DNA of 64,000 bases from positions 1,248,001 to 1,312,000 of the forward strand of contig OY729428.2 in assembly GCA_963422375.2 (NCBI GenBank), read 5' to 3'. Numbering within the stretch: position 1 is the first letter of the stretch; each line of letters opens with the position of its first letter. Of this stretch, positions 29,971 through 40,246 are shown one piece after another. The notes beneath the pieces are model-generated. The model saw nothing but the letters and a program-made list of their open reading frames with translations. It had not been told where the DNA came from and did no database searches. The position numbers and the translations under genes were made by a program. Source of the DNA: Bryobacterales bacterium (lineage in GTDB: Bacteria > Acidobacteriota > Terriglobia > Bryobacterales > UBA6623).

Positions 29971-31044
29971 ATGAAGGCGAAGAGATCACTCCTCGTAGCA
30001 GTGGCGTTAGCCACGCTCATGACGGCCATGTCGGCGACGGCGCAATCGCCCTTGCGATGGAAGATCCACGACATGACGCGACCGGCGCCGAAGAGCGTCA
30101 CGTCCCACATGTCTCTCCCCGTCCCCCCTCCGTCGGATGCTGTCGTCCTATTTGACGGTAGCGACCTGTCCATGTGGAGAGCGGCCGATGGCACGGATGC
30201 CAAGTGGACGATCAAGGACGGCAGCCTAGCCTCAGTCCCCGGAAGCGGCCCCGTCGTCACTCGCGCCGGCTACGGCGACATTCAGCTCCACATCGAATGG
30301 GCAGCGCCCACGCCAGCTCGCGGGAAGGGGCAGGGGCGCGGCAACAGCGGTGTGTTCCTCATGGGGAAGTACGAGGTGCAAGTGCTCGACTCCTACGAGA
30401 ACGTCACCTACACCGACGGGCAGGCTGCGGCGGTGTACGGCCAGTATCCCCCCTTAGTCAACGCGAGTAGGCCAGCGGGCGAGTGGCAAGCCTACGACAT
30501 CGTCTTCCGACGGCCTCGCTTTCGCCCGGACGGCTCAGTGATGCAACCCGCACGGATCACCGTCTTCCACAATGGCGTCCTCGTCCAAGACAACTCCCAG
30601 GTCTGGGGGCCGACATCCTGGCTCCAGCACCTGCCCTACCAGTCTCATCCCGACCGCCTCCCGATTTCACTGCAGGACCACGGAAACCCCGTGCTGTACC
30701 GGAACATTTGGCTCCGCGAGCTCGCCGAAGAGCCTCGCCCCGGACCGCACAGCCACCAGACAAAGCCAATCATCACGCTGACCCAGCCAGTCTTGGAGCG
30801 ATACGTAGGCAAGTACGGGAGCGAGGCCACCCAACCCGTACTGGTCACCCGAGAGGGAAGCTCCCTCTACGTCGCTTTCGGCCTCTTGCCACCACTCGAA
30901 CTCCTGCCCCACTCCCACGAGGAGTTCTCCCTTCGATGGACGGCAGCAACGCTCGCCTTCCATTTGGACAAGAACGGCACGCCCACGAGCATCACCTTTC
31001 ACATCGGGGGCGAGGCACGCTCATCTAGTCGCCAATCGAACTAA
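29971..31044 (+). CDS. DUF1080 (3-keto-disaccharide hydrolase-like) secreted protein with extra C-terminal domain
   Basis: [34 protein letters not shown]. Confidence 0.88.
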   Translation: MKAKRSLLVAVALATLMTAMSATAQSPLRWKIHDMTRPAPKSVTSHMSLPVPPPSDAVVLFDGSDLSMWRAADGTDAKWTIKDGSLASVPGSGPVVTRAGYGDIQLHIEWAAPTPARGKGQGRGNSGVFLMGKYEVQVLDSYENVTYTDGQAAAVYGQYPPLVNASRPAGEWQAYDIVFRRPRFRPDGSVMQPARITVFHNGVLVQDNSQVWGPTSWLQHLPYQSHPDRLPISLQDHGNPVLYRNIWLRELAEEPRPGPHSHQTKPIITLTQPVLERYVGKYGSEATQPVLVTREGSSLYVAFGLLPPLELLPHSHEEFSLRWTAATLAFHLDKNGTPTSITFHIGGEARSSSRQSN

Positions 31045-31152
31045 TGGCCCCTCTTCTCTGGCGCATGACCTCGCTCGAGTTGGCAAACAAGAAATACCGA
31101 TCCAGCTGATCGTATGCACGAAGAAACCTTGACGGTCGACTATCTGTGGCTA

Positions 31153-31377
31153 CTAGGACCACGACGTCCCGAAGCGAGTCGATTCCAGCCAAGCGCCGTA
31201 TAGCCGCAAGCGGCTCAAACTGAACCGGGATTCCAAGCTGGCGGCACTCCTCGAAATCGGGGCTGCCGTCAAGGGATTCCGGCAGCCTTGCTCACGACGT
31301 AACGGTTCAAGGGGACCCACATCTCCCCGGTCAAGCACAGGGTGCCGGCGACAGCGCGAATGCATACCGATTGCCAT
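31153..31377 (-). pseudogene. Degenerate copy of the 5' part of rlmB
   Basis: Nucleotide similarity to 33480-33703, e.g. gaaccgggattccaagctggcggcactcctcga vs gaaccgggatcccaagctgccggcactcctcga; frameshifted. Confidence 0.8.
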
Positions 31378-31425
31378 GCTCCGACACGCCCCTCGGATGG
31401 AGTCTCCGTTTCGCTGCCCCTAGGG

Positions 31426-32150
31426 ATGCTGCGCTGCGTCACAGCGGGAGAATCTCAGGGCGAGACGCTAGTCGCGACCCCGTCGGGCATTCCAGCGGGC
31501 GTGCCCGTCGACCCTCATCGAATCAACGGGAGCCTGTGGCACCGCCAGCAAGACTACGGTCGCGACTGGCGCATGACGATCGAGAGCGACAAGGTTGACG
31601 TCGTTTCGGGTATTCGCCGCGGCAACGCGATGGGCGTGCCAACCACGGAGCCGCTACGGAGTCCCGACTGGAAGGACCGCGCCCGGACGCTGCTGGTCAC
31701 GGAGATACGGGAAGTCAGAGAGGCAGGCGAGGCAGGCGCGTATACCTGGCCTGGACTGGTCGGTCTCGCGGGGAACATCACGCACCGCTACCCAAATTGC
31801 CCTAGGTCCTCGAGCACACCACGAAGCGTGATTCCGCGGCGCGCCTAGCGTCGGTCGGCTTGGCGAAGGTCTTGGTCAGGGTTCTTGGAGTCGCGATCCT
31901 GAGCAACGTCGTCGCCGAGGGCAGGATCGAACTTGATCGGCCGGTCACCAAGGAGCGGCTCAAGCCGCCGGCCACCCGGTACAAGCTAGTTCCGAACTAC
32001 ATTGACTCCGCGAAGGATCGGCGCCTAGGGGCCCTGGTCGCCAATGCGATTTTCGCGAATGAATTCCAGCGGTGGAGCCTCATGGGTGGTCGTGCGGCGT
32101 GCGGTGCCGGGCCCCAGCCCGTCCACGAGCTGGGATTCGGAGCGGGAAGC
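31426..32150 (+). pseudogene. Degenerate copy of the 5' part of aroC
   Basis: MLRCVTAGESQGETLVATPSGIPAGVPVD vs MLRFVTAGESHGETLVATLSGMPAGVPVD; broken near 31848; exact blocks recur at an offset of 2323 bp. Confidence 0.88.
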
Positions 32151-32334
32151 CAGACACCCGAACCGGGACTTGGACGTCTCCGGACCAACGGCTATCGCAG
32201 ACACCAAAATCTCGCTAGGTTAGCCCCGTGCCCGACGACCCTGGTCGGGGCTAGGAGTTGCAGGGCACAGGCTCCCAAGCGTTGTCGGAAAGAGGGACTG
32301 CGACACTCCCCTGGGCCTAGGTACAAGCGACTCG

Positions 32335-32838
32335 CTAGCTCTCGTCGGCTGAAGGACCGTACATCCCCGGAACGGGAACGTCATTCAATCTCAGGTACAC
32401 GCTCAGCTGGGCGCGATGGTGGATGACGTGGCTGAGGACCATCGTTCTGAGCACGCTGATTCGCGGCATCGTAAATATCTCCTGGCCCTGCATGCGAAGG
32501 GTCCAGTCCGTCTGCATAGCGACGTCGTCTGCCTTGCGAATGGCAGCCACCGACTCGGTCAGGGCAGTGTCGAAGAATGCTAGAGTCTCCTCGCGACGCG
32601 CCGGCGCGTAGGGCTGGTAGGGTGGACTGCCGGGAGGCCGGAGCTCTAGCTCGTCCGTCTGAACGGTGTTCGTGCCCCACTGGACCATTTCCGCCACGTG
32701 TCCAGCCAGCCGGGCCATGGTCATGGATTTCGGGTGGGGCTGAAAGTCCATTGCCTCGTTCGGCACCCGCTCGAGCATTCGGCGAGTCTGGCGCATCTCA
32801 GCTTCAAACTCCGCAAGGAAGGTTTCCGCGATTGTCAT
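32335..32838 (-). CDS. DinB/YfiT family protein
   Basis: TRRMLERVP, PHPKSM, LAGH, HVIHHRAQLSVYLR, PGMYGPSADE. Confidence 0.9.
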   Translation of the reverse strand: MTIAETFLAEFEAEMRQTRRMLERVPNEAMDFQPHPKSMTMARLAGHVAEMVQWGTNTVQTDELELRPPGSPPYQPYAPARREETLAFFDTALTESVAAIRKADDVAMQTDWTLRMQGQEIFTMPRISVLRTMVLSHVIHHRAQLSVYLRLNDVPVPGMYGPSADES

Positions 32839-32962
32839 GACCTCAACCTCAGCAACTCGGGATTCCCTAGACTGCACCTGCGCCTGCAGGACCACCTAGA
32901 GCCGACTTCTCAATAGATCCTACCGCATCTCGTCCGGCCAAGGTCGACGGCGGCCTATGCTC

Positions 32963-33703
32963 CTAGCGCGACTCCCGGCGCTGGCGACATATCTCGAACA
33001 GAGCGACGCCTGCCGCCACCGAGACGTTCAGCGACGAGACCGTGCCCGCAAGAGGGATCCGCAGCAGGAAATCGCAGCGCTGCGCCACCTTCTCTCGCAG
33101 CCCGCTGCGCTCGCCTCCCAGCACCAAGGCGCAGCGGTCCGCGTATTCCACCTCGTCGTAGGCTCCCTCCGCTTGAGCGTCGAAGCCGTAGAGCCAGAAA
33201 TCAGCCTCCTTCAGCTGCTCCATGGCCCGGCCGATGTTCTTGACCCGTACGACCGGAAGCGCTTCCAGCGCCCCGGCGGCGGCCTTCGCAGCAGCCGCGC
33301 TCAACTGGGCCGACCGCCTCTCCGGAATGACTGCCGCAGCCGCGCCGGCCCCGTCCGCCGTGCGGATGATGGCGCCGAGGTTGCGCGGATCTTGCACTGA
33401 GTCGAGTACGACGACCGTAGACTGCGCTCCGGCGCACTCGAAGAGGCTGTCCAGCGTCTCGTACTGCGCAGAAGCAGACAGTGCTACGACGTCCTGATGC
33501 GCATCGGCGCCAGCTAGGCGCCGGACAGCCGACCGCGGTTCGAACCGAACCGGGATCCCAAGCTGCCGGCACTCCTCGACCAGGGGCTGCAGTCGAGGGT
33601 TCCGGGCCCCCTTGCTCACGACGAGCCGGTCCAAGGGGGCCCGAGTCTCCGGCGCCGAGCGCAGGGCGGCGGCGACCGCGTGTATGCCCACCAAGCGCCG
33701 CAT
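32963..33703 (-). CDS. rlmB: 23S rRNA (Gm2251) 2'-O-methyltransferase, TrmH family
   Basis: LDSVQDPRNLGAIIR, LGGERSG, SLNVSVAAG. Confidence 0.93.
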   Translation of the reverse strand: MRRLVGIHAVAAALRSAPETRAPLDRLVVSKGARNPRLQPLVEECRQLGIPVRFEPRSAVRRLAGADAHQDVVALSASAQYETLDSLFECAGAQSTVVVLDSVQDPRNLGAIIRTADGAGAAAAVIPERRSAQLSAAAAKAAAGALEALPVVRVKNIGRAMEQLKEADFWLYGFDAQAEGAYDEVEYADRCALVLGGERSGLREKVAQRCDFLLRIPLAGTVSSLNVSVAAGVALFEICRQRRESR

Positions 33704-33714
33704 TCCCTAGCGTC

Positions 33715-33720
33715 TATAAT
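33715..33720 (+). promoter_or_regulatory. Probable -10 box of the aroC-pyrE promoter
   Basis: Perfect TATAAT in the 45-bp gap between divergent rlmB and aroC, in a very GC-rich background. Confidence 0.55.
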
Positions 33721-33748
33721 ATGGAGTCTCCCTTCCCCGCCCTCAGGG

Positions 33749-34921
33749 ATGCTGCGTTTCGTCACAGCGGGCGAGTCTCACGGCGAGACGCTCGTCGCAA
33801 CCCTTTCGGGCATGCCTGCGGGCGTGCCCGTGGATCTTGGCCGTATCAACCGCGACCTGTGGCGCCGCCAGCAAGGCTACGGTCGCGGCGGGCGGATGAA
33901 GATCGAGAGCGACAAGGTTCACATCGTCTCGGGTGTCCGTCACGGCAAGACGATCGGCTCGCCGATCGCGGTGCTGCTGCGCAACCGCGACTGGAAGAAC
34001 TGGACCCAAACGCTGCCGGTCGAAGACTACGAGAAGTCCGGCGAGCACGCCAAGCCGGTGTATCGCCCTAGGCCGGGACACGCCGACCTAGCGGGCAGCA
34101 TCAAGTACAACTACCCCGAGGCGCGTTACATCCTCGAGCGCGCCAGCGCGAGAGAGACGGCCGGTCGCGTGGCGATCGGCGGCTTCGCGAAGATCCTCCT
34201 AGGGGAATTCGGAATCGCCGTTCTGAGCCACGTTGTCGCCGTAGGCGACGTCGAGCTCGAGCGAGCGGCCGCCTGGGACGAGCTCGAGGCGCTGGCCTCG
34301 AAGAACGAAGTGCTTCTGAATTGCGTGGACCCCGAGACCGAGCAGCGCATGAAAGCCGTAGTCGACAAGGCCTATGCCACCGGAGATACCAGCGGCGGCG
34401 TGTTTGAGGTCATCGTGCGGGGCGCGCCGCCCGGCCTTGGGTCGCACACGAGCTGGGATTCGAAGCTCGACGGTCGACTGGCGCAAGCGATCGTCTCGAT
34501 GCAGGCCGTCAAGGGGGTGGAGGTAGGCTCGGCAGCGATCCAAGCCGCCTCGCCCGGGTCCAGGGTACAAGACACCATCCACTACGACAAGACCAAGCGC
34601 AGGTTCTACCGAGGCTCGAACAAGGCCGGCGGGCTCGAGGGGGGAATCACCAACGGGCAGGACATTGTCGTGCGCGGCTACCTGAAGCCAATCTCGACAC
34701 TTCGCCGACCGCTCGAATCGGTCGACCTGACGTCGCGCGAACCGGCCAGCGCCGCCTACGAGCGCTCGGACGTAGCTGTGGTACCTGCCGCCGGCGTGAT
34801 CGGCGAGGCCATGGTGGCCCTGACCGTAGCAACAGCGTTCTTGGAAAAGTTCGGCGGGGACTCGCTCGGCGAAGTCCGTCGCAATTTCGACGGCTACGTC
34901 GAACAGGTCCGACGCTTCTGA
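33749..34921 (+). CDS. aroC: Chorismate synthase
   Basis: TAGESHG, RPGHADL, ERASARETA, GGLEGGITNG, KPISTL, ERSD. Confidence 0.97.
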   Translation: MLRFVTAGESHGETLVATLSGMPAGVPVDLGRINRDLWRRQQGYGRGGRMKIESDKVHIVSGVRHGKTIGSPIAVLLRNRDWKNWTQTLPVEDYEKSGEHAKPVYRPRPGHADLAGSIKYNYPEARYILERASARETAGRVAIGGFAKILLGEFGIAVLSHVVAVGDVELERAAAWDELEALASKNEVLLNCVDPETEQRMKAVVDKAYATGDTSGGVFEVIVRGAPPGLGSHTSWDSKLDGRLAQAIVSMQAVKGVEVGSAAIQAASPGSRVQDTIHYDKTKRRFYRGSNKAGGLEGGITNGQDIVVRGYLKPISTLRRPLESVDLTSREPASAAYERSDVAVVPAAGVIGEAMVALTVATAFLEKFGGDSLGEVRRNFDGYVEQVRRF

Positions 34922-34953
34922 GGCGGTCGACCGTTCTGTTGCGACCATAACCG

Positions 34954-35526
34954 ATGGATCGGATGACCGGCGCGAGCGACCGCGAGCGACTGAAGCGAAT
35001 CCTCCGGACGCATTCGATCAAGCGCGGTGACTTTGTACTCGCTTCCGGCGCTCGGAGCGAAGTCTACGTCGACTGCCGGCTGACCACCCTGCGAGGCGAG
35101 GCGATGCCGCTGGTCGGCAGGCTGATGCTGAAACGCTTCGCCGAGCGCGGCTGGCGGCCTCAGGCCGTAGGCGGTCTGACCATGGGAGCGGACCCGGTCG
35201 CCTGCGCTGTCTGCTTTGCATCCCAAGGAACATCCACTCCCGTCGACGCGTTCGTTGTGCGCAAGACCGAGAAGGGGCACGGACGGAAACGCACGATCGA
35301 AGGCCTGCCGCAAACGGACGGGGTGCGCTGCGTGGTTCTGGACGATGTATGCACCACGGGAGGGTCGACCGCAATGGCGATCAATCGAGCCCGGTCCGCG
35401 GGCATGGTCGTTCTCGGGGCCATCTGCATGGTGGATCGGGAACAGGGCGCGCGCGCCGTGATCGAGGCGGCCGGCTGCCCCCTCGACGCGCTGTTCACGA
35501 TGCGGGAGCTCCTAGCGGGCAAGTGA
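34954..35526 (+). CDS. pyrE: Orotate phosphoribosyltransferase
   Basis: GDFVLASG, YVDCR, GGLTMGADP, VRKTEKGHG, VVLDDVCTTGGS. Confidence 0.95.
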   Translation: MDRMTGASDRERLKRILRTHSIKRGDFVLASGARSEVYVDCRLTTLRGEAMPLVGRLMLKRFAERGWRPQAVGGLTMGADPVACAVCFASQGTSTPVDAFVVRKTEKGHGRKRTIEGLPQTDGVRCVVLDDVCTTGGSTAMAINRARSAGMVVLGAICMVDREQGARAVIEAAGCPLDALFTMRELLAGK

Positions 35527-35559
35527 ACTCGTCAACGAGCGCGGGGATCCATACGTGGA

Positions 35560-35847
35560 GAGTCGGTCCGCGATTGGATTGAGGCGGGCGCAGCGCTTCG
35601 GAAGCCTGCGCAGGCGTCGCATGTTCCGCCATTCCGCCGAGAAGGCAAGAGCGTTCTAGCGCAGGCTCGCACGGAAGCCTTGCGCCTGTCGACCAAGTTC
35701 ATCGGCACCATGCACCTGCTTGGCCTCCTGCGGGAGGACTGCTGCTCCTCGGCGAGGGGCTTGCTGGCCTGCGGTCTGAGCGTCTCCGCAATTCGCCGAG
35801 ACATCGCCCGCTCGCAGCCTGGACCGGCGTTGTCGCGAAGCCCGTAG
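35560..35847 (+). pseudogene. Degenerate fragment of a Clp N-terminal repeat domain (copy of the clpC 5' region)
   Basis: EGKSVLAQARTEALRLSTKFIGTMHLLGLLREDCCSSARGLLACGLSVSAIRRDIAR vs Clp[59 protein letters not shown]; no start codon upstream of the homology. Confidence 0.8.
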
Positions 35848-36100
35848 CGATAGCAGTTCCACTGATCGGCAGCGATGGAGCGATCCGGCGGCGAGCGGCG
35901 CAGGCCTCGCAGCGACCTGGAAGGCACATTGGGAGGCGGGAACCTCTGCGATGTGATCGCGTCGGACCGCATCGTCCGAACCGACGGCCACGGCACGGGA
36001 GGCCGCAAGGCGCGAGGAACCATGTTGGTATGATGGTCCGCAAGGGACCAGCGCCTGTCGGCCCGTGCTCGCCGCCTGCCGGCCAGAGCGTTTGGATCGC

Positions 36101-38581
36101 ATGTTCGAACGCTACACGGAGAAGGCCCGGCGCGTCATCTTCTTCGCCCGGTACGAGGCCAGCCAGTTCGGCAGCCCGTACATCGAGACCGAGCACCTCC
36201 TCCTCGGCCTGATCCGTGAGGACAAGGCGCTGGCCAATCGCTTCCTGCGCTCACACGCAGCGGTCGACTCCATTCGCAAGCAGATCGAGACGCACACTAC
36301 CGTCCGCGAAAAGGTCTCAACCTCGGTGGACCTGCCGCTTAGCCACGAGTGCAAGCGCGTCCTCGCCTACGCAGCGGAGGAAGCCGAGCGCCTATCCCAC
36401 AAGCACATCGGAACAGAGCACCTGCTGCTCGGCCTGTTACGGGAGGAGCGCTGCTTCGCTGCGGAGATCCTGCACGAGCGCGGCCTGCGGCTGTCGACGA
36501 TCCGCGAGGAACTCGCCCGCGTGCAGTCCGAGAAGATGCCCTCGGGCCGGCCCAAGGAAGGCTCGATGCTCGCGGAGTTCAGCCGCGACCTGACGCAGGA
36601 AGCCGCCGACGGCAAGCTGGAGCCCCTGATCGGGCGCGACAACGAGCTGGAGCGGGTCGTGCAGATCCTCTGCCGGCGCACCAAGAACAACCCGGTGCTG
36701 ATTGGAGAGCCCGGGGTGGGCAAGACGGCCATAGTGGAGGGCCTCGCCCAGCGCATCTCGAGCGGCGTCGTGCTGCCGTTCCTGTCCGAGAAGCGGATTC
36801 TCTCGCTCGACCTGTCCCTCGTCGTCGCGGGCACCAAGTACCGCGGCCAGTTCGAGGAGCGTCTCAAGACGATCATGCGAGAGCTGATGGAGAACCGCAA
36901 TTCCATCATCTTCATCGACGAGCTGCACACCATCGTCGGGGCGGGATCGGCGGAGGGCTCGCTTGACGCGGCGAACATCCTCAAGCCCGCGCTCTCGCGG
37001 GGCGAGATCCAGTGCGTCGGGGCCACCACGCCCAGCGAGTTCCGCAAGTCCATCGAGAAAGACCGGTCCCTGGAGCGGCGCTTCCAAGCCGTCAAGGTCC
37101 AGCCGCCCTCGGAAGAGGAGGCAGTGCAGGTACTGATCGGCATCAAGGAGCGTTACGAAAAGTTCCACGCCGTGGTGTACACCGACGACGCGGTGGAATC
37201 CGCCGTCTACAGCTCGATCCGATACATCCCGGACCGTTTCCTGCCCGACAAGGCGATCGACCTGCTCGACGAGGCCGGCGCCCGGGTCAAGCTGCAGCAG
37301 ACGAAGATGTCGGACGAGACCGCGGAGATCCACAAGCGCATTAAATACGTCGTGCATCGCATGGAGACCGCGATCTCGAACCACGAGTTCGAGAAGGCTC
37401 GCTTCTATTCGGACGAGGAGCGCAAGGAGCGCGAGAACCTGCACCGGATCCAGAAGCAGGAGGACCTTGAGCAGGCGGTCACGGCGACCGTAGGCAAGGA
37501 CGACATCGAGGAGGTCGTGGCGCGGTGGACAGGCGTGCCCATGACCGCCATCAAGGAAGAGGAGATGGATCGGCTCCTGCGGATCGAGGACGAGCTGCAC
37601 GAGAGGGTCGTCAGCCAGGACAGCGCGATTTCCGCGCTGGCCCGTGCCATCCGGCGCTCCCGCGCCGGCCTCAAGCCCGTCGGCCGGCCGGCCGGATCCT
37701 TTCTATTCCTAGGGCCGACGGGTGTCGGCAAGACCGAGGTGGCCCGCGCCCTCGCCGAATGCCTGTTCGGCACCGAGAAGTCCCTGATCCGCTTCGACAT
37801 GTCGGAATTCATGGAGAAGCATTCCGTGTCGAAGCTGATCGGCTCCCCGCCGGGCTACGTGGGCTACGAGGAGGGTGGCCAGCTCACGGAACGCGTAAAG
37901 AGGGCACCATACTCGATCATCCTGCTCGACGAGATCGAGAAGGCCCATCCCGACCTGTTCAGCATCCTGCTGCAGGTCTTCGAGGACGGGCAGCTGACCG
38001 ACGGCATCGGCAACACGGTGGACTTCAAGAACACGATCATCGTGATGACCTCGAACATCGGAGCGCGGTATCTTCAGCTCAAGACGCCGATGGGCTTCCA
38101 AGGCCGGTCGAAGGACTCCACCGACTCGAAGGCCGAGCAGGAAGTCCGCAGCGAGGTCAAGCGGACGTTCAATCCCGAGTTCCTGAATCGGATCGACGAG
38201 ACGATCATCTTCCGGTCACTGACGGACGAGGACCTGCTCAAGATAGTGCAAATGCTGGTCGGCCACATCAACCGCAACCTGATCAGCAAGGGCCTGCAGA
38301 TCCGCCTCGCCGAGGACGCCGCGCAGTACGTGCTCGAGGAGACCATCGGAGACCGCAGCTACGGCGCCCGGCCGCTCAGGCGAGCGCTGCAGCGCTGCGT
38401 GGAGGACCCGCTTTCCGAGGCGCTCATCCAGAACCGCCTGCCGCGCCCGGCGGAGATCGAGATTTTCCGTGGGCCGGACGGCATGTACTACCGGCGGCTC
38501 GACTTGGCGGAAGGCGAGGACGAGCTCTCCGAACCGGGCGCGGTGGCGGTTGCTACAGGGACGCTGCTCTACTCCTTCTAG
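36101..38581 (+). CDS. clpC: ATP-dependent Clp protease ATP-binding subunit ClpC
   Basis: [12 protein letters not shown], two Walker A motifs ([16 protein letters not shown]), UVR-like middle region, GSPPGYVGY. Confidence 0.96.
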   Translation: MFERYTEKARRVIFFARYEASQFGSPYIETEHLLLGLIREDKALANRFLRSHAAVDSIRKQIETHTTVREKVSTSVDLPLSHECKRVLAYAAEEAERLSHKHIGTEHLLLGLLREERCFAAEILHERGLRLSTIREELARVQSEKMPSGRPKEGSMLAEFSRDLTQEAADGKLEPLIGRDNELERVVQILCRRTKNNPVLIGEPGVGKTAIVEGLAQRISSGVVLPFLSEKRILSLDLSLVVAGTKYRGQFEERLKTIMRELMENRNSIIFIDELHTIVGAGSAEGSLDAANILKPALSRGEIQCVGATTPSEFRKSIEKDRSLERRFQAVKVQPPSEEEAVQVLIGIKERYEKFHAVVYTDDAVESAVYSSIRYIPDRFLPDKAIDLLDEAGARVKLQQTKMSDETAEIHKRIKYVVHRMETAISNHEFEKARFYSDEERKERENLHRIQKQEDLEQAVTATVGKDDIEEVVARWTGVPMTAIKEEEMDRLLRIEDELHERVVSQDSAISALARAIRRSRAGLKPVGRPAGSFLFLGPTGVGKTEVARALAECLFGTEKSLIRFDMSEFMEKHSVSKLIGSPPGYVGYEEGGQLTERVKRAPYSIILLDEIEKAHPDLFSILLQVFEDGQLTDGIGNTVDFKNTIIVMTSNIGARYLQLKTPMGFQGRSKDSTDSKAEQEVRSEVKRTFNPEFLNRIDETIIFRSLTDEDLLKIVQMLVGHINRNLISKGLQIRLAEDAAQYVLEETIGDRSYGARPLRRALQRCVEDPLSEALIQNRLPRPAEIEIFRGPDGMYYRRLDLAEGEDELSEPGAVAVATGTLLYSF

Positions 38582-38928
38582 CCCCGCAGCTCGATTTCAA
38601 CCCGCGAGCGCCCGACGCCCGCCTGTCTCGAGCTGAGACCGGGTTCGCGGATGCGCAGCCGGGCCCGACTCGTGACGCATGCAGAAGAGAGGCACTCCGG
38701 CCGGTGGTTCGCTTCGCGGTTTCGTCTCGCTGTGCGAGCACGCTTCCGGGCCATGGGCAAGGCCACTTTCGATGGCCTTCAAAAGGAACGGTTGGCCCCT
38801 GATGCTCCGGTTCTCCCACGGAGCCGAGGTCCGCAGCGCTCTTGGGGCGACCGATCAAGCGGCGAGCGCCTATTGTTATCAGCACGCGACGAAGCCGCCC
38901 TCGGCAGGCTACCAGTGCCGCTTGGGCT

Positions 38929-39300
38929 TCAGATCAGCTCCTCGGCCCAGTGGATGACCGCCTCGGCGATTTCAACGGACCGCTCCTGCTCTTGTGCATT
39001 TTCTGGTGCTACTAATGGAGGGTATCGCGTGACCATGGCGAACGTCGTGAAATCCTCAGCCTGCATGACCTCATCTGGAATCCTCAGCCCTGTTGTCTCG
39101 AACAGCGATCCGACATGCGCTAGATCTTGTACGCACGGAATCCCAATTCCTCGCTGAAAAGATACAGCCGTTATCTCTTTCTCGGCGACTTGCCGCGCCA
39201 AGAAACAAAGATCTTCGAAATAAGCCCCTCCATTGCCAAACTGCTCTTCTCCCGAGTCATCCACTTCCGTGGATCATCGGGAGGCTATCGGTCAGGGGCC
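38929..39300 (-). pseudogene. HEPN-domain protein, degenerate
   Basis: YFEDLCFLARQVAEKEITAV, FAMVTRYP, IAEAVIHWAEE; 5' end (PPDDPRKW) in another frame. Confidence 0.7.
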
Positions 39301-39620
39301 CTCTCTATACCACCCGGCCCTCCGTCAGCTCCAAATTGATGATTAAGGCTGGGCAATTCTTGTAGCGTTCCATGTCGCGTGGTGAGACGACGATTGGGTC
39401 TACCGCTGCACCGACACCATGCAGGCCCCTGCATGGTGCGAGCCATAGGCCTCAGAGGATGCCTACTCTCCTTGATGATCGGTAAGTCCACGTCCCGAGC
39501 GGAACTCAGTCCATCTCGGGCTGCGGAACCAAGAAGTATGATTCTCTCCGACTGCACAGTCTTCACCGCATGCCGGATGATTTCGTCCAAGACCGCTTGA
39601 CTAACTCCGCGACCATTCAT
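39285..39620 (-). pseudogene. Minimal nucleotidyltransferase (MNT), frameshifted
   Basis: ERIILLGSAARDGLSSARDVDL (GS...DxD); homology is lost after about 60 codons. Confidence 0.72.
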
Positions 39621-39889
39621 GAATTGCTAGACCCTTCAAGGTCGGTTGGTCGACTCGTCGAGCGGACCCCGGTGCAACTGGCGCTAGCCACCAGCCTAGG
39701 ATCACTTCTGAGTCTATCGCCCAACACGGCGATCCAGCCACTCGGCACGTTGTCCTCGACAGGCGCGTCCCGCACGCTCCAGCCTCGGACGGGTCCCGCT
39801 TCCGGCATCACTATCGCAAGGTCGAGCCAGATTGACCCGCTCGCCTGCGAGCGACGGTTTGTGACGTTGCAGCCGCTCTCGGGGTGTAC

Positions 39890-40100
39890 CGAAATTCAGG
39901 TGCGTGCAGATCTCCAGCTCGGCACCTCGGGTTCGCACCCAGCGGATGCGACCCAGCGTTCTTGAGGCCATCTCCCTCGGGCAGCACGACGAAGCGCGTG
40001 TCCTTGCCGGTCAGATGCGGGCGGCCCCCCAGCGCGGAGGGCCAGCCCATCCACGTCTTGCCCGGCGCACAATGGCACACGCCAGCCTGCCGCCCGGTGC
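39890..40100 (-). pseudogene. Possible DUF4338-like fragment, highly degenerate
   Basis: QAGVCHCAPGKTWMGW...HLTGKDTRFVVLP...KNAGSH resembles the remembered pattern RDxWIGW...HLIANNxRFLILP...NLAS. Confidence 0.45.
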
Positions 40101-40246
40101 AAAGCCGGGACGGAGGGCTCAGCTCGGGCAGGCGAAGACTTCCGCACGAGGCTCCAAGGAATCGGACGGACATCGCTAGGGGCCGGGCGAGAGGATGGGA
40201 GCGATGGGAGCGATCGGTTTCCGCGGCTCGGCGTTCGAGGCTGCGC

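Noticed and set aside
31150..34480. Diversity-generating retroelement (template/variable repeat pair)
   Set aside because: Differences are not confined to adenines (e.g. ttc>tgc, cac>cag, ctt>ccg), the repeat is about 1 kb of housekeeping genes, and no reverse transcriptase is present
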